A model generated the notes under the pieces. The model had not been told where the DNA came from, did not search any database, and saw nothing but the letters and a program-made list of their open reading frames with translations. From Eubacteriales bacterium (GTDB lineage Bacteria > Bacillota > Clostridia > Oscillospirales > SIG627): 64,000 bases of DNA. The stretch is taken from the NCBI GenBank assembly GCA_045541915.1, contig JAZQJZ010000007.1, forward strand, positions 32,781 to 96,780. Direction: 5' to 3'. Both the position numbers and the translations under genes were made by a program. Shown in pieces: positions 33,396 through 44,553 of the stretch (its first letter is position 1; every line of letters starts with the position of its first letter).

Positions 33396-34250
33396 ATGAA
33401 AAAAAGCTCTGTTCTTTCCCTATTGGCACTCTTTTTTGCCGTCTCTATGCTTGTTTTCACTTTTTTCACCTGCGGCTGGTTTTATTTGGACAATCGTTTC
33501 GAGCAGGGCACTTCCTCGGGAAATACCCTTCCCATTCAATTGGAAAACAGCAACGGCTTTCAATTTGGATTTGAAATCCCCATCGGAACCAAAAACGGGT
33601 TTTTATCCACCCTCAGCGACTGCATCTGGACCTTTTCTCCCTTTCTGATGATCCTGTCGATCGCCCTTTCTTTTTTTCTCCAAGGGGAAAAGGCAAAAAG
33701 AGTTTCCTTCTTTCTTGCCGGAGTGCCGGCGGTTTTATATCCCCTCTCACAAATGATCCTTTTTCTCACCGGAAAAGACGTTCATTTTACTTTTCTTATC
33801 ACCCTGTTCTTTCTCCTTGCCGTAGGGGGACTAACGCTTTTTGGAATTTTTCACCCGGAGGTCAGACCATTCGCCTGGCAAGTGGCGCTGTTTCATGTGG
33901 GTCTTGAAATTCTCCTTCTGATCCTTTCGCTCATCTTCCGGGAAAAGTATTCGTTTTTTTATTTTTCAGAGTATTTTCACAACGGAAACCTTTGGTCCCG
34001 TTTCCATTATTTCATTTTTTCGGTCTTTGTGTATTACATTTCCTACTCCCTCTCCATTGCATTCCTTCACCTTTCCCAAAACAGAAAAGCACCTCGCTCT
34101 CCGAAGTATGCCGTAAAAGAAGAAACCGGCATTTCTCTTCCCTTCGAAAACGAAGCAGAACAAGAATCTCCGGAGACGGAGGAAAATGAAGATCCCGCGG
34201 TCGAGGAAGAGATCCCCCTTTCCCTGGAGGATCTGGGAATGGAGCGATAG
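33396..34250 (+). CDS. Polytopic membrane protein with acidic C-terminal tail
   Basis: Start at MKKSSVLSLL (AAGGAGG RBS). About 7 hydrophobic segments and a Glu-rich tail. Confidence 0.6.
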   Translation: MKKSSVLSLLALFFAVSMLVFTFFTCGWFYLDNRFEQGTSSGNTLPIQLENSNGFQFGFEIPIGTKNGFLSTLSDCIWTFSPFLMILSIALSFFLQGEKAKRVSFFLAGVPAVLYPLSQMILFLTGKDVHFTFLITLFFLLAVGGLTLFGIFHPEVRPFAWQVALFHVGLEILLLILSLIFREKYSFFYFSEYFHNGNLWSRFHYFIFSVFVYYISYSLSIAFLHLSQNRKAPRSPKYAVKEETGISLPFENEAEQESPETEENEDPAVEEEIPLSLEDLGMER

Positions 34251-34254
34251 AAAC

Positions 34255-34292
34255 AAAAAAACTCTTATGCAAGACATAAGAGTTTTTCTTTT
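34255..34292 (+). terminator. Rho-independent terminator
   Basis: ACTCTTATG-CAAGA-CATAAGAGT followed by a T-tract. Confidence 0.75.
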
Positions 34293-34367
34293 TCCCGTGT
34301 TTTCTCCTGTGGCACTTTTCAATCCATCGCATAAAATGAACTGTGGAAAACCGGAAGGAGAGATACC

Positions 34368-35144
34368 ATGGAAGATTTTTTTGTTTTGGGCGAAGACCGA
34401 CGCTTTGACCTTTTATCGGAGATGCTCAAAAGAGATCATTATCGAGTCAGCCGCACCCTTTCCCCCACCGAAGTCCCGTCTGCTTATCTGTTTTCCCTGG
34501 CATCTTCCGGGGATGATGTTTGCAGCGTTCTTGAAAAGGTTCCGAAAAAAAGCTTTGTCCTGGTTGGACGGAGCACGCCAAAGCTTGTTCAATTGGCAAA
34601 AGAAAAAGACCTTTCTTTGGTGGCACTATTGGAGGATGAAACTTATCTTTTGGCAAACTCTCTTGCCACCGCCGAGGGAACCCTTTCCGAAGTGATCCGC
34701 TGTACCGATCATCTTTTGACCGAGGCGAGCATTCTCATTTGCGGATACGGAAATTGCGGAAGAAGCCTTGCGCGGCTCCTTTGGCTTTGCGGCGGCGAGG
34801 TTTGGGTCTGGTCCCGGGAAGGCTCTATGGAACGTGCGCGACAGGACGGATTCAATACCTATCGCGCTCCGGGTAAAAAAATGGGAATGTTTGATGTGAT
34901 CATCAACACCGTTCCCGAACCCGTTTTCACCGAGGAATTTCTGAATTCCATCCACCCGGGAACACATTTTTTCCAGGTGGCCTCCGGCCTTTCGGGAGTT
35001 TTGCCGGATCAAGCAAAGCTCCTTGGCATTCATTTCCACCCCCTGCCCGGGCTTCCCGGGCGCTTCGCACCGGCCACCGAGGCCGGCTCCATCTACCGTG
35101 TCTTGAACCGAACCTTGTTGCGGTCAAACCATGAAAGCGAGTGA
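34368..35144 (+). CDS. dpaA: Dipicolinate synthase subunit A
   Basis: NAD-binding ILICGYGNCGRSLARLL, 258 aa, directly upstream of dpaB. Confidence 0.8.
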   Translation: MEDFFVLGEDRRFDLLSEMLKRDHYRVSRTLSPTEVPSAYLFSLASSGDDVCSVLEKVPKKSFVLVGRSTPKLVQLAKEKDLSLVALLEDETYLLANSLATAEGTLSEVIRCTDHLLTEASILICGYGNCGRSLARLLWLCGGEVWVWSREGSMERARQDGFNTYRAPGKKMGMFDVIINTVPEPVFTEEFLNSIHPGTHFFQVASGLSGVLPDQAKLLGIHFHPLPGLPGRFAPATEAGSIYRVLNRTLLRSNHESE

Positions 35145-35150
35145 ACCTAT

Positions 35151-35720
35151 GTGAAAAAAACCATTGGCTTTGCTCTGACAGGATCCTTTTGTACCCTGGA
35201 CAAAGCCTTTCTTTTAATGCAAACATTAAAAGAGCAGTACAATATCATTCCCATTGTATCCGAACGGGTGGCGAGTACCGATACCCGTTTTTTTGAAAAG
35301 GAAGAGGTTTTGAAAACCATCAAGACCATTTGCGGCCGCGAACCCATTTCCAGCATCACCCAGGCAGAGCCCCTGGGCCCGGGAAAGATGCTTGATTTTC
35401 TTTTGGTATGTCCCTGCACCGGCAATACCCTTTCCAAATTGGCTCTGGGGATCACCGATACCTGCGTGACCATGGCAGTAAAATCCCACCGGCGAAACGG
35501 AGGGGGCGTGCTCATCGCCCTTTCCACCAACGATGCCCTCTCCGGCTCTGCCGCAAATCTGGGCACCCTTATGGAGAAAAAAGGCTTTTATTTTGTCCCC
35601 TTGAGGCAAGACGACCCCGAAGGCAAGCCTTCTTCTCTTCAATGCGATTTTTCCCTGGTCCCCAAAGCGCTGGAATATGCCATGGCGCAAAAACAGCTTC
35701 AGCCCTTTTTCCTTTCATAA
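35151..35720 (+). CDS. dpaB: Dipicolinate synthase subunit B (flavoprotein)
   Basis: GTG start. IGFALTGSFCT, CPCTGNTLSKLA, STNDALS. Confidence 0.9.
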   Translation: MKKTIGFALTGSFCTLDKAFLLMQTLKEQYNIIPIVSERVASTDTRFFEKEEVLKTIKTICGREPISSITQAEPLGPGKMLDFLLVCPCTGNTLSKLALGITDTCVTMAVKSHRRNGGGVLIALSTNDALSGSAANLGTLMEKKGFYFVPLRQDDPEGKPSSLQCDFSLVPKALEYAMAQKQLQPFFLS

Positions 35721-35721
35721 C

Positions 35722-35755
35722 AAAAAACGGCAGACTTTTTGTCTGCCGTTTTTTT
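35722..35755. terminator. Bidirectional terminator
   Basis: A6-CGGCAGAC-TTTTT-GTCTGCCG-T7. Confidence 0.8.
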
Positions 35756-36260
35756 AATCCATTCCCAATTCTTTTCTCACGAAACGGATCACTTCCAGAT
35801 AATCCAGATTCAAAACATAGGAAAACTCGTTGAAGATCAAGCTTTCTGCATCCTTGAGAAAATAATCATCGGTATTATGAATCCGTTTTCCCTCTCCCAG
35901 CATTTCCTTCTTATGGAAGTAAATGTTTTTAATGAGAAGCAGAGCATCTCTGCGATCCGGGGAAGAAAGCGCTTTTTTGGAGATCTCACTGCGCCGGCGG
36001 AAATCACGGATCCATTCCGGCTCCCGCTCGACCACTTCCTTTAATACCGTCTTCACTTCCTCGACGGTCAAGGGAGCGCACATTCTGGCTACCAAGTCTT
36101 CATTATCACAAGGAACATACAAAACCGAGCCCGTTTTAAAAAGCGGAGAAAGCACAAAATACTCTTGCTCTTTTTCTCCGATCTTCATCCTTTTTACTTC
36201 TTCGATCCGGCAAAGCCCTGATTGGCCGTAACGAACCGTTTCCCCTGGGCGGAATTTCAT
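35754..36260 (-). CDS. CarD/CdnL-family transcriptional regulator
   Basis: N-terminal FRPGETVRYGQSGLCRIEEV...EYFVLSP..GSVLYVP, a CarD_CdnL_TRCF-like tudor fold pattern. Confidence 0.75.
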   Translation of the reverse strand: MKFRPGETVRYGQSGLCRIEEVKRMKIGEKEQEYFVLSPLFKTGSVLYVPCDNEDLVARMCAPLTVEEVKTVLKEVVEREPEWIRDFRRRSEISKKALSSPDRRDALLLIKNIYFHKKEMLGEGKRIHNTDDYFLKDAESLIFNEFSYVLNLDYLEVIRFVRKELGMD

Positions 36261-36367
36261 TTTCTTCTCCTTGATGATCTTTCGCTTCTGATTTTTCTAC
36301 CTCTATTATATCATAAAATACCAACAAAGGAAAAGAGAAAATTTCGTTTTTTTTTGATTTTTTTTGT

Positions 36368-37744
36368 TTATTTTCGCCAAATCATTGTATTTTTTTGGAA
36401 TAATATTCGAGGAAAAACGGTTAAAATGAAAAAAGATAAAAAGAAAAAAACAACAAGAATGGAAAGAACCAAAAGCCACGTTTGCCACCTGTTTTCCGAA
36501 GTATTTTCTTTCCTCGGCGCCAAGGAGGTGCTCGTCGGTGCCGGGTTCATAACCTCCATCTCTTCCCTTTCCTCCGGAACAAGATGAGGGGATGAGAGAA
36601 TAGGCAAAGAGGCAAATGCCGAAACACTTCCCCTTGCCGGATCCAGGCAAATTTCTTCCGGCAACGCTTCATACACCGGGATCAAAAAAGTAAGTTTTCC
36701 ATTCAGCTGACCCGTTTCCTCGTAAATTTGGTAAAGCAGATCGGCTTCGGTTTTGGCGGCACCGATGTTTTGCATATACTGCCCCCAGAAATTCCGGATT
36801 TGCCCCTCCGGGGTGAGAGAGCGGATATCCACATTCCACTTTTGCAGATAAAGGGTATTCTGATGGGTAGACACATACTCCCGCGCAATTTTTTCTGTGC
36901 CTCCCCAAAGACCCTTTTCCAGTGTATTCCAACCGGAGAGCCTTGCCTTCTCCGCACCGCTTCGATAAACCTCAAAGGCTCCGTTGCCGGAAGCAGATAC
37001 ATTGAACGGATTGTAGTATCCGTTTAGGGAAAGAAGCTCTTTTGCATCACAGCCGCCTTTTGGGGAAAGCACCGAGCGATCCCCCTCCCACTGGGTTCCT
37101 TCTTGATACCATTGGGAAAGAACCTCTCCTGCCAAACCGGAAAGCAGCACGTTTCCCTCTCTCCCTTGCTCCTGGCGCAAGCGCACTGCCAAAAAACGGG
37201 GATCGATTCCAAATTCCTCCCCCAAGAAAAGAAGTGTTTGGGAAGAGACCTCCCCTTCCAAGGCAGTTTGGGAAAGAATTTTATCAAGAACCTCCGGGGG
37301 AATGGGAGTGGTGTATGACAGATCCAAAAATTGAAACACGCCACTTTCCGAAAGATGAGACCGGGGATCCAAAAAATAGGCCACCGCTTCTCTGGATGCC
37401 CGATGATATCCGGTATCGCTTGTTTCTCCGCCGGGGTCCCAATAGGCGCTATAATCACCGTCACCGGAAACCAGACTCTGCTGAGCAGAGTCCGTTTCCC
37501 GATCCAAAACGTATCCGAAGGTATATTCCTGTCCCTTCTCCCGGGAAAGCTCGGTGATCTTCAGCGCCCTCCATTCCCATTCCGGATGCATCAAGCTCAA
37601 GGCGCAAAGCGGCTCCCAATAGGATTGGCAAAATCCCTTTTCCTGCAAGGACAAGCAAATCTCACAGTTTGTTTGGGCCTCTACGGGAAAAAGCAGTAAC
37701 AAGCTCCCCATCAGAATCCCAAAGCACAGTTTTATCATTCTCAT
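36368..37744 (-). CDS. Exported, C-terminally membrane-anchored protein with GH73-like glucosaminidase signature
   Basis: Signal peptide MRMIKLCFGILMGSLLLLFPVEA. HQNTLYLQKWNVD resembles the QNTLYKMRWN motif of N-acetylglucosaminidases. C-terminal TM. Confidence 0.5.
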   Translation of the reverse strand: MRMIKLCFGILMGSLLLLFPVEAQTNCEICLSLQEKGFCQSYWEPLCALSLMHPEWEWRALKITELSREKGQEYTFGYVLDRETDSAQQSLVSGDGDYSAYWDPGGETSDTGYHRASREAVAYFLDPRSHLSESGVFQFLDLSYTTPIPPEVLDKILSQTALEGEVSSQTLLFLGEEFGIDPRFLAVRLRQEQGREGNVLLSGLAGEVLSQWYQEGTQWEGDRSVLSPKGGCDAKELLSLNGYYNPFNVSASGNGAFEVYRSGAEKARLSGWNTLEKGLWGGTEKIAREYVSTHQNTLYLQKWNVDIRSLTPEGQIRNFWGQYMQNIGAAKTEADLLYQIYEETGQLNGKLTFLIPVYEALPEEICLDPARGSVSAFASLPILSSPHLVPEEREEMEVMNPAPTSTSLAPRKENTSENRWQTWLLVLSILVVFFFLSFFILTVFPRILFQKNTMIWRK

Positions 37745-37885
37745 ACCAGGCTCCTTTTTTCATTATATTATCAAAAGTAAAAAGCGAAAAAGGGAAACTT
37801 TGGTCTCCTCACCGTTAAAATTCCTCCTTTTGGAAATAGTATAAAGAGAAGGAAACGGAAGAATTGTTAATTTTTTGTAAGGACC

Positions 37886-37914
37886 TTGACATTTTTTCCC
37901 TTTCGTGATACATT
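37886..37914 (+). promoter_or_regulatory. hrcA operon promoter
   Basis: TTGACA-17 nt-TACATT, immediately upstream of CIRCE. Confidence 0.6.
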
Positions 37915-37927
37915 ATGAGTAAAGAGA

Positions 37928-37954
37928 TTAGCACTCTCAACCGCGGAGTGCTAA
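37928..37954 (+). promoter_or_regulatory. CIRCE operator (HrcA binding site)
   Basis: TTAGCACTC-N9-GAGTGCTAA, a perfect consensus. Confidence 0.95.
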
Positions 37955-37966
37955 ATTGAAAGGGCG

Positions 37967-39025
37967 GTGATTCATACGGACTTAAGTCAGCGCAAAAGAG
38001 AGATCCTAAAAGAAGTGATTGATCTTTTCATCACCACCGGGGAACCGGTGGGATCCAAAGCGATTATGTCCAGACTGCGCACCCCCTGTTCCTCCGCCAC
38101 CATTCGCAATGAAATGAACGATCTGGAGAAAATGGGTCTTTTGGAACAGCCTCACACCTCTGCCGGACGAATTCCCACCAGTCGCGGCTACCGCCTTTAT
38201 ATTGATGCTCTGATGGAGGATTACCGGCTTTCCTTTGAGGAAACCCTGCTTCTCAATTCACTCCTTTCCGATAAGCTTCGGGATACCGACCAGATCCTTT
38301 CGGATATGTCCTCGCTCCTGGCCCAAATGACCGGCTGCGGCGTAGCTGCCTTTGCCAAAGAACGGTTTGGAACCATCGAACGGTTCGAGGGTGTTCCGGT
38401 GAATGCCAGAAGTTTTCTTTTGGTTATGATCACCTCCTCCGGAAAAGCTATCACCAAGCAGCTTCAAGTGGAGATCGCCGTTCCCTCGGAAGGTGTCGCC
38501 TTTATCATCCAGGTTCTCAATGACCATCTGGCAAAAAAAGAATTGGGCGGCATTACCCTGGAGCGAATGATCGCCATGGAGAGAGAGCTGGGAGAATACC
38601 GAGGACTGATCGGGCCGCTTTTGCAGATCATTTACGATGTTATGGCACAGATCGGAAAAGAAAATATCCAAGTGAAAGGATTTTCCAATCTGGCCTCTTT
38701 CCCTGAATTTCAAGAGGGTGAAATTCTTTCGGATCTGTTCCGGGAGTTGGAGGATGAAAAAGCACTCCTTTCCCGTTTTCAGCAGGATTTCGCTTCCGGA
38801 CTTCGGGTTCGGATTGCCTCCGGCGGAAAAGGGCTGGATGGAGCAAGTCTTGTGATCTGTCCGTTCCGGCTGCGACGGAATTTAGAGGGCGTTGTGTGTA
38901 TCATCGGTCCAAAGCGCATGGACTACGGAAAGGCCATGGCAAGACTGGAATATTTGGCAAAGCAAATCAATGCGGTTCACGGCTTTGAGCCGAATCTGCC
39001 GCTGATCGAAACAAAGGAAATGTAA
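37967..39025 (+). CDS. hrcA: Heat-inducible transcription repressor HrcA
   Basis: GTG start. LSQRKREILKEVIDLFITTGEPVGSK. First gene of the CIRCE-controlled operon. Confidence 0.95.
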   Translation: MIHTDLSQRKREILKEVIDLFITTGEPVGSKAIMSRLRTPCSSATIRNEMNDLEKMGLLEQPHTSAGRIPTSRGYRLYIDALMEDYRLSFEETLLLNSLLSDKLRDTDQILSDMSSLLAQMTGCGVAAFAKERFGTIERFEGVPVNARSFLLVMITSSGKAITKQLQVEIAVPSEGVAFIIQVLNDHLAKKELGGITLERMIAMERELGEYRGLIGPLLQIIYDVMAQIGKENIQVKGFSNLASFPEFQEGEILSDLFRELEDEKALLSRFQQDFASGLRVRIASGGKGLDGASLVICPFRLRRNLEGVVCIIGPKRMDYGKAMARLEYLAKQINAVHGFEPNLPLIETKEM

Positions 39026-39026
39026 A

Positions 39027-39569
39027 ATGGCAAAGAAAAAAGAAGAAGTTTTGGAAGAAACCAAAGAAGAAGTAAAAAAAGAAGAAAAAAAGGACAGTTC
39101 TCGAGAGGAAGCCATCCAGGTGGCAACGCTTGAAAAGGAGCTGGCTGAATTAAAGGAAAAGTGTAGCGAAACAGAAGATCGCTATCTTCGGATTCTGGCA
39201 GAATATGACAATTTCAAAAAGCGCACCTTGAGAGAAAAGGATGAGATCTATTTCGCCGCCAAGGCCGATGTGGTAAAGAAGCTGCTTCCCGTGTTTGATA
39301 ATTTCGACCGTGCCCAGCTTTTTGGCGACGGAGAGGAATATCGAAAGGGCGTGGATATGATCATCCATCAGTTTTTTGAGATCCTGGATTCCATGGACAT
39401 TCACCAAGTGGCAAAAGAGGGAGACGAATTTGATCCGGTCTTTCACGAGGCAGTGTTCCGGGAGGAAAAAGAGGGTGTTCCGGAAAACACCGTCACCGAA
39501 GTGTTGCAAAAGGGCTATGCTTTGGGGGATAAGGTGATCCGCCACGCAATGGTCAAGGTTTCCGGCTAA
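39027..39569 (+). CDS. grpE: Nucleotide exchange factor GrpE
   Basis: RILAEYDNFKKR and VLQKGY.LGDKVIRHAMVKV. Confidence 0.95.
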   Translation: MAKKKEEVLEETKEEVKKEEKKDSSREEAIQVATLEKELAELKEKCSETEDRYLRILAEYDNFKKRTLREKDEIYFAAKADVVKKLLPVFDNFDRAQLFGDGEEYRKGVDMIIHQFFEILDSMDIHQVAKEGDEFDPVFHEAVFREEKEGVPENTVTEVLQKGYALGDKVIRHAMVKVSG

Positions 39570-41465
<1,896 letters not shown>

Positions 41466-41474
41466 TAAAAACTC

Positions 41475-41500
41475 CCCCAAGCCGCCTTTGCGGCTTGGGG
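41475..41500 (+). terminator. GC-rich hairpin between dnaK and dnaJ (attenuator or processing/stability element)
   Basis: CCCCAAGCCGC-CTTT-GCGGCTTGGGG. The downstream U-tract is weak, so termination is probably only partial. Confidence 0.45.
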
Positions 41501-41531
41501 AGATGGCTTTTAGAAGATAAGGAACATATCA

Positions 41532-42686
41532 ATGGCAGAAAAACGCGACTATTACGAGGTACTGGGTCTCCAAAAAGGAGCCGGCGATGACGAAATCAAG
41601 AAAGCATACCGGAAATTGGCGAAAAAATATCACCCGGATATGAATCCCGGCAATTCTGAGGCAGAGGTCAAGTTTAAGGAAGTAAATGAGGCCTATTCCG
41701 TCCTTTCCGACGAGGAAAAGAAAGCTCGCTATGACCAGTATGGCCACGAAGGGGTAGATCCCAATTTCGGCGCCGGCGGCTTTGGCGGCTTTGGCGGCTT
41801 TGGCGGCTTTGGCGGCTTTGGCGGAATGGACTTTGATATGGGAGATATTTTCTCTTCCTTTTTCGGCGGCACCACCTCTTCCGGAAGAAGAAACGGCCCC
41901 GTTCGAGGAGAGGACATTCTCACTCGCATCGTGATCTCCTTTGAAGAAGCCGCTTTTGGCTGTCAGAAGACCATCTCTTTTTATCGGACAGAAACCTGTT
42001 CCTCCTGCTCCGGCTCCGGAGCGGAGCCCGGCACAAAGCCCGAGACCTGTTCCAAGTGCGGCGGCTCCGGACAGATCCGGATCCAGCAAAGAACCATGCT
42101 GGGTATGATGCAGACCACCCGTTCCTGTGATGTATGTGGCGGCACGGGCAGGATCATCAAAACGCCCTGTAAGACTTGTCGTGGACAAGGAACAGAACGG
42201 AAGAATAAGAAATTCGACGCCACCATTCCGGCGGGCATCGGCGAAGGCGAACGAATCCTTCTACGTGGCCAGGGCAATGCCGGAAAACGGGGCGGTGAAA
42301 ACGGTGATCTGATCGTAGAGATCAACATTCGTCCTCATCCCGTATTTGTTCGCCAAGGATATGATATTTACTGTGAGGTGCCCATTTCCTTTGCCGAGGC
42401 CACCTTGGGAGGCGATATTCAGATTCCTACCCTGGAGGGAAAAGAAAACTTCAAGATTCCCGAAGGAACCCAGACCGGCACCCAATTTGCCCTGAAGGGC
42501 CGAGGGGTGCAGGTGATCCGTTCCAGTCGCCGTGGAAATCTGTATTTCACCGTGCAGATCGAGGTCCCGAAGAACCTTTCCTCCAAGCAAAAAGAATACT
42601 TGCGTCAGTTCGATGAAAGCTGCAACAATACCAATCTTTCCGGGAAAAGCAGTTTCGCAGACAAACTGAAAAATTTATTTAAATAA
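41532..42686 (+). CDS. dnaJ: Co-chaperone DnaJ
   Basis: J-domain KKYHPD, a G/F region, and four CxxCxGxG zinc motifs. Confidence 0.95.
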   Translation: MAEKRDYYEVLGLQKGAGDDEIKKAYRKLAKKYHPDMNPGNSEAEVKFKEVNEAYSVLSDEEKKARYDQYGHEGVDPNFGAGGFGGFGGFGGFGGFGGMDFDMGDIFSSFFGGTTSSGRRNGPVRGEDILTRIVISFEEAAFGCQKTISFYRTETCSSCSGSGAEPGTKPETCSKCGGSGQIRIQQRTMLGMMQTTRSCDVCGGTGRIIKTPCKTCRGQGTERKNKKFDATIPAGIGEGERILLRGQGNAGKRGGENGDLIVEINIRPHPVFVRQGYDIYCEVPISFAEATLGGDIQIPTLEGKENFKIPEGTQTGTQFALKGRGVQVIRSSRRGNLYFTVQIEVPKNLSSKQKEYLRQFDESCNNTNLSGKSSFADKLKNLFK

Positions 42687-42715
42687 AAAAAGACCGCAAA
42701 AGCGGTCTTTTTTTA
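42685..42715. terminator. Bidirectional terminator
   Basis: A7-GACCGC-AAAA-GCGGTC-T7. Confidence 0.8.
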
Positions 42716-43648
42716 TTCTTCAATCTGATCCAAAAGAGAAAGATAATCTTCTTTTGTTTCCGCGTGGCTGGCGCGATCTCGAAGAGAGGCGGCGCCGCGA
42801 AAGCCCTTGCAATACTGCGCCATATGCATTCGCATTTCTCTTCCGGCAGAATCAGGCTTATAAGTAAACGCCCGTTCCAGATGAGATCGAATGGCCTCCT
42901 TCCGATGGATGATCGGCTTCTCTTTTCCCTCCAGAAAGCACCGGATCTCCCGAAAAATCCAGGGAGCACCAACTGCGCCTCTTCCGATCATCAGTCCGTC
43001 ACAGCCGGTCTCCTCCAGCATTCTCACTGCGCTTTCTCCGCTTAGAACATCACCGTTTCCAATAACAGGAATGGAAACTGCTTTTTTCACATCACGGATC
43101 ACCGAAAGCCTCACCGTTCCTTCGCGGTAAAAATCCGAACGGCAACGGCCGTGAACTGCAATTCGCCGGGCACCGGCTTTCTGGCACAGCTCTGCAACCT
43201 CCGGCGCATTGATATGTTCCTCATCCCAACCGGCTCGGATCTTCACCGATACAGGAAGCAAAGAGGCGGATGCCACCGCGTGCACAATATCATAAATCAA
43301 AGGCGGATTTTTCATCAAAGCGCTTCCTTCGCCGTTGTTTACAATTTTCGGCACCGGGCAACCAAAATTCAGATCAATCCAGTCCACCTTTTCCGGATCC
43401 CCCAATTTCACTGCCGCTTCCGCCAGAATTTCCGGCTCCGAGCCAAACAGTTGCAATGCTATGGGCCGATCCGTCTTCCCAGTTTCAGCAAGGAGAGCCG
43501 TTTTTCGATCCCCGTAGCGGACCGCCTTGGCAGAAATCATTTCCGTACAGAAAACATCTGCACCGAATTGGGCACAGGTTTCCCGGAATGCTCGGTCTCC
43601 GGCCCCTGCCATAGGCGCAAGATAGAGCATCGTTTCACAATTTTTCAT
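42713..43648 (-). CDS. dusB: tRNA-dihydrouridine synthase
   Basis: LAPMAGAGDRAFR, DLNFGCP, IGNGD. Neither candidate start (43648 or 43630) has an SD. 43648 sits at the predicted TSS, so the mRNA may be leaderless. Confidence 0.88.
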   Translation of the reverse strand: MKNCETMLYLAPMAGAGDRAFRETCAQFGADVFCTEMISAKAVRYGDRKTALLAETGKTDRPIALQLFGSEPEILAEAAVKLGDPEKVDWIDLNFGCPVPKIVNNGEGSALMKNPPLIYDIVHAVASASLLPVSVKIRAGWDEEHINAPEVAELCQKAGARRIAVHGRCRSDFYREGTVRLSVIRDVKKAVSIPVIGNGDVLSGESAVRMLEETGCDGLMIGRGAVGAPWIFREIRCFLEGKEKPIIHRKEAIRSHLERAFTYKPDSAGREMRMHMAQYCKGFRGAASLRDRASHAETKEDYLSLLDQIEE

Positions 43649-43654
43649 AGTCTG

Positions 43655-43683
43655 ATTCTATCACAAAATACGACCTTTGTAAA
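43655..43683 (-). promoter_or_regulatory. dusB promoter
   Basis: Minus strand reads TTTACA-17 nt-TAGAAT with TGn. The -10 ends 6 nt before ATG 43648. Confidence 0.5.
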
Positions 43684-43816
43684 GAAGTGAGATCCCGGCC
43701 ATACCCAAGGGAGAGGCAAAAGAGATGAAACGTAAAAAAGCCTTGATTTTTTCCTACTTTTTCTTTATAATACAAAGCAAGAGAACCCATAATAAAAATT
43801 GAATAAGGAGAAAAAA

Positions 43817-44467
43817 ATGAAATCATTACTTTCAATTCTTTTAACTGTCTGCCTTCTTGTCACCTTGATCTCTTGCGGAGCGGAGCCGGAAAACAAAACG
43901 GAACCGGAGAAAACCCAGACCGCTACACAGGAAAAAGAGGATGAGGGCCTGAAGATCCCTCGCGGCGAAATTTCCGGAAATGTTTATAAAAGCTCGTTTT
44001 CCGGATTGACCTACACCGCACCGGAAAACTGGAGATTTGAGAATGACTCTGCCATTGCCAATCAGCTGGGCATTAAGGAATCCCTGTTCCAGGACAATCT
44101 TGCAAACTCCCTGGAAAGTGCCAGTGAAGTGTATGATGCCATGGCAACTGAATCTCAGTCCGCTTCCAATGTTACAATCTCTTACACCAAAGCAGTCACC
44201 CCCGATATGAGCCCGGAAGACCAAATGAAAAAAATTAAGGGCACCTTGGAATCCAATCCCGGATTTGAAGTTATCTTTGACGAGGAGACCGCGAAGGTCA
44301 CCATCGGTGAAAAAGAGTATCTCCGCGGCCATGCAGAAGTAGAAGCAGTGGGAACCGTAACCAACCGTCTTTATTATGTTACCAATGTGGAAGGTGTAAT
44401 GGTCACCGTATCCTTTACCATCTTCGGTGAATATGATGTAGCTTCCCTGGAAGCCACCCTTTCCTAA
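43817..44467 (+). CDS. Lipoprotein, unknown function
   Basis: ATG 43817 with AAGGAGA RBS. Lipobox LVTLISC. Confidence 0.65.
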   Translation: MKSLLSILLTVCLLVTLISCGAEPENKTEPEKTQTATQEKEDEGLKIPRGEISGNVYKSSFSGLTYTAPENWRFENDSAIANQLGIKESLFQDNLANSLESASEVYDAMATESQSASNVTISYTKAVTPDMSPEDQMKKIKGTLESNPGFEVIFDEETAKVTIGEKEYLRGHAEVEAVGTVTNRLYYVTNVEGVMVTVSFTIFGEYDVASLEATLS

Positions 44468-44475
44468 ATAAGTTT

Positions 44476-44506
44476 TGCGGCACTCCAAAAGAGTGCCGCA
44501 TTTTTT
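44476..44506 (+). terminator. Rho-independent terminator
   Basis: TGCGGCACTC-CAAAA-GAGTGCCGCA-TTTTTT. Confidence 0.8.
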
Positions 44507-44513
44507 ATTGCAC

Positions 44514-44545
44514 AAAAAAAGCGACGATTGAAATCGTCGCTTTTT
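44514..44545 (-). terminator. Rho-independent terminator of the SGNH-like lipoprotein gene
   Basis: GCGACGATT-GAA-ATCGTCGC flanked by A7/T5. Confidence 0.75.
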
Positions 44546-44553
44546 CTGATTTC

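Noticed and set aside
29185-34250. A prophage or prophage remnant
   Set aside because: Only terS and terL are phage-like. There are no integrase, portal, capsid, tail or lysis genes and no att-like flanking repeats. The flanking genes are housekeeping. It is reported instead as orphan or domesticated terminase genes.
41529-42188. 219-aa minus-strand ORF with an (AKA)n repeat
   Set aside because: It is the mirror image of the dnaJ G/F 9-bp repeat and the zinc-finger region. dnaJ is certain.
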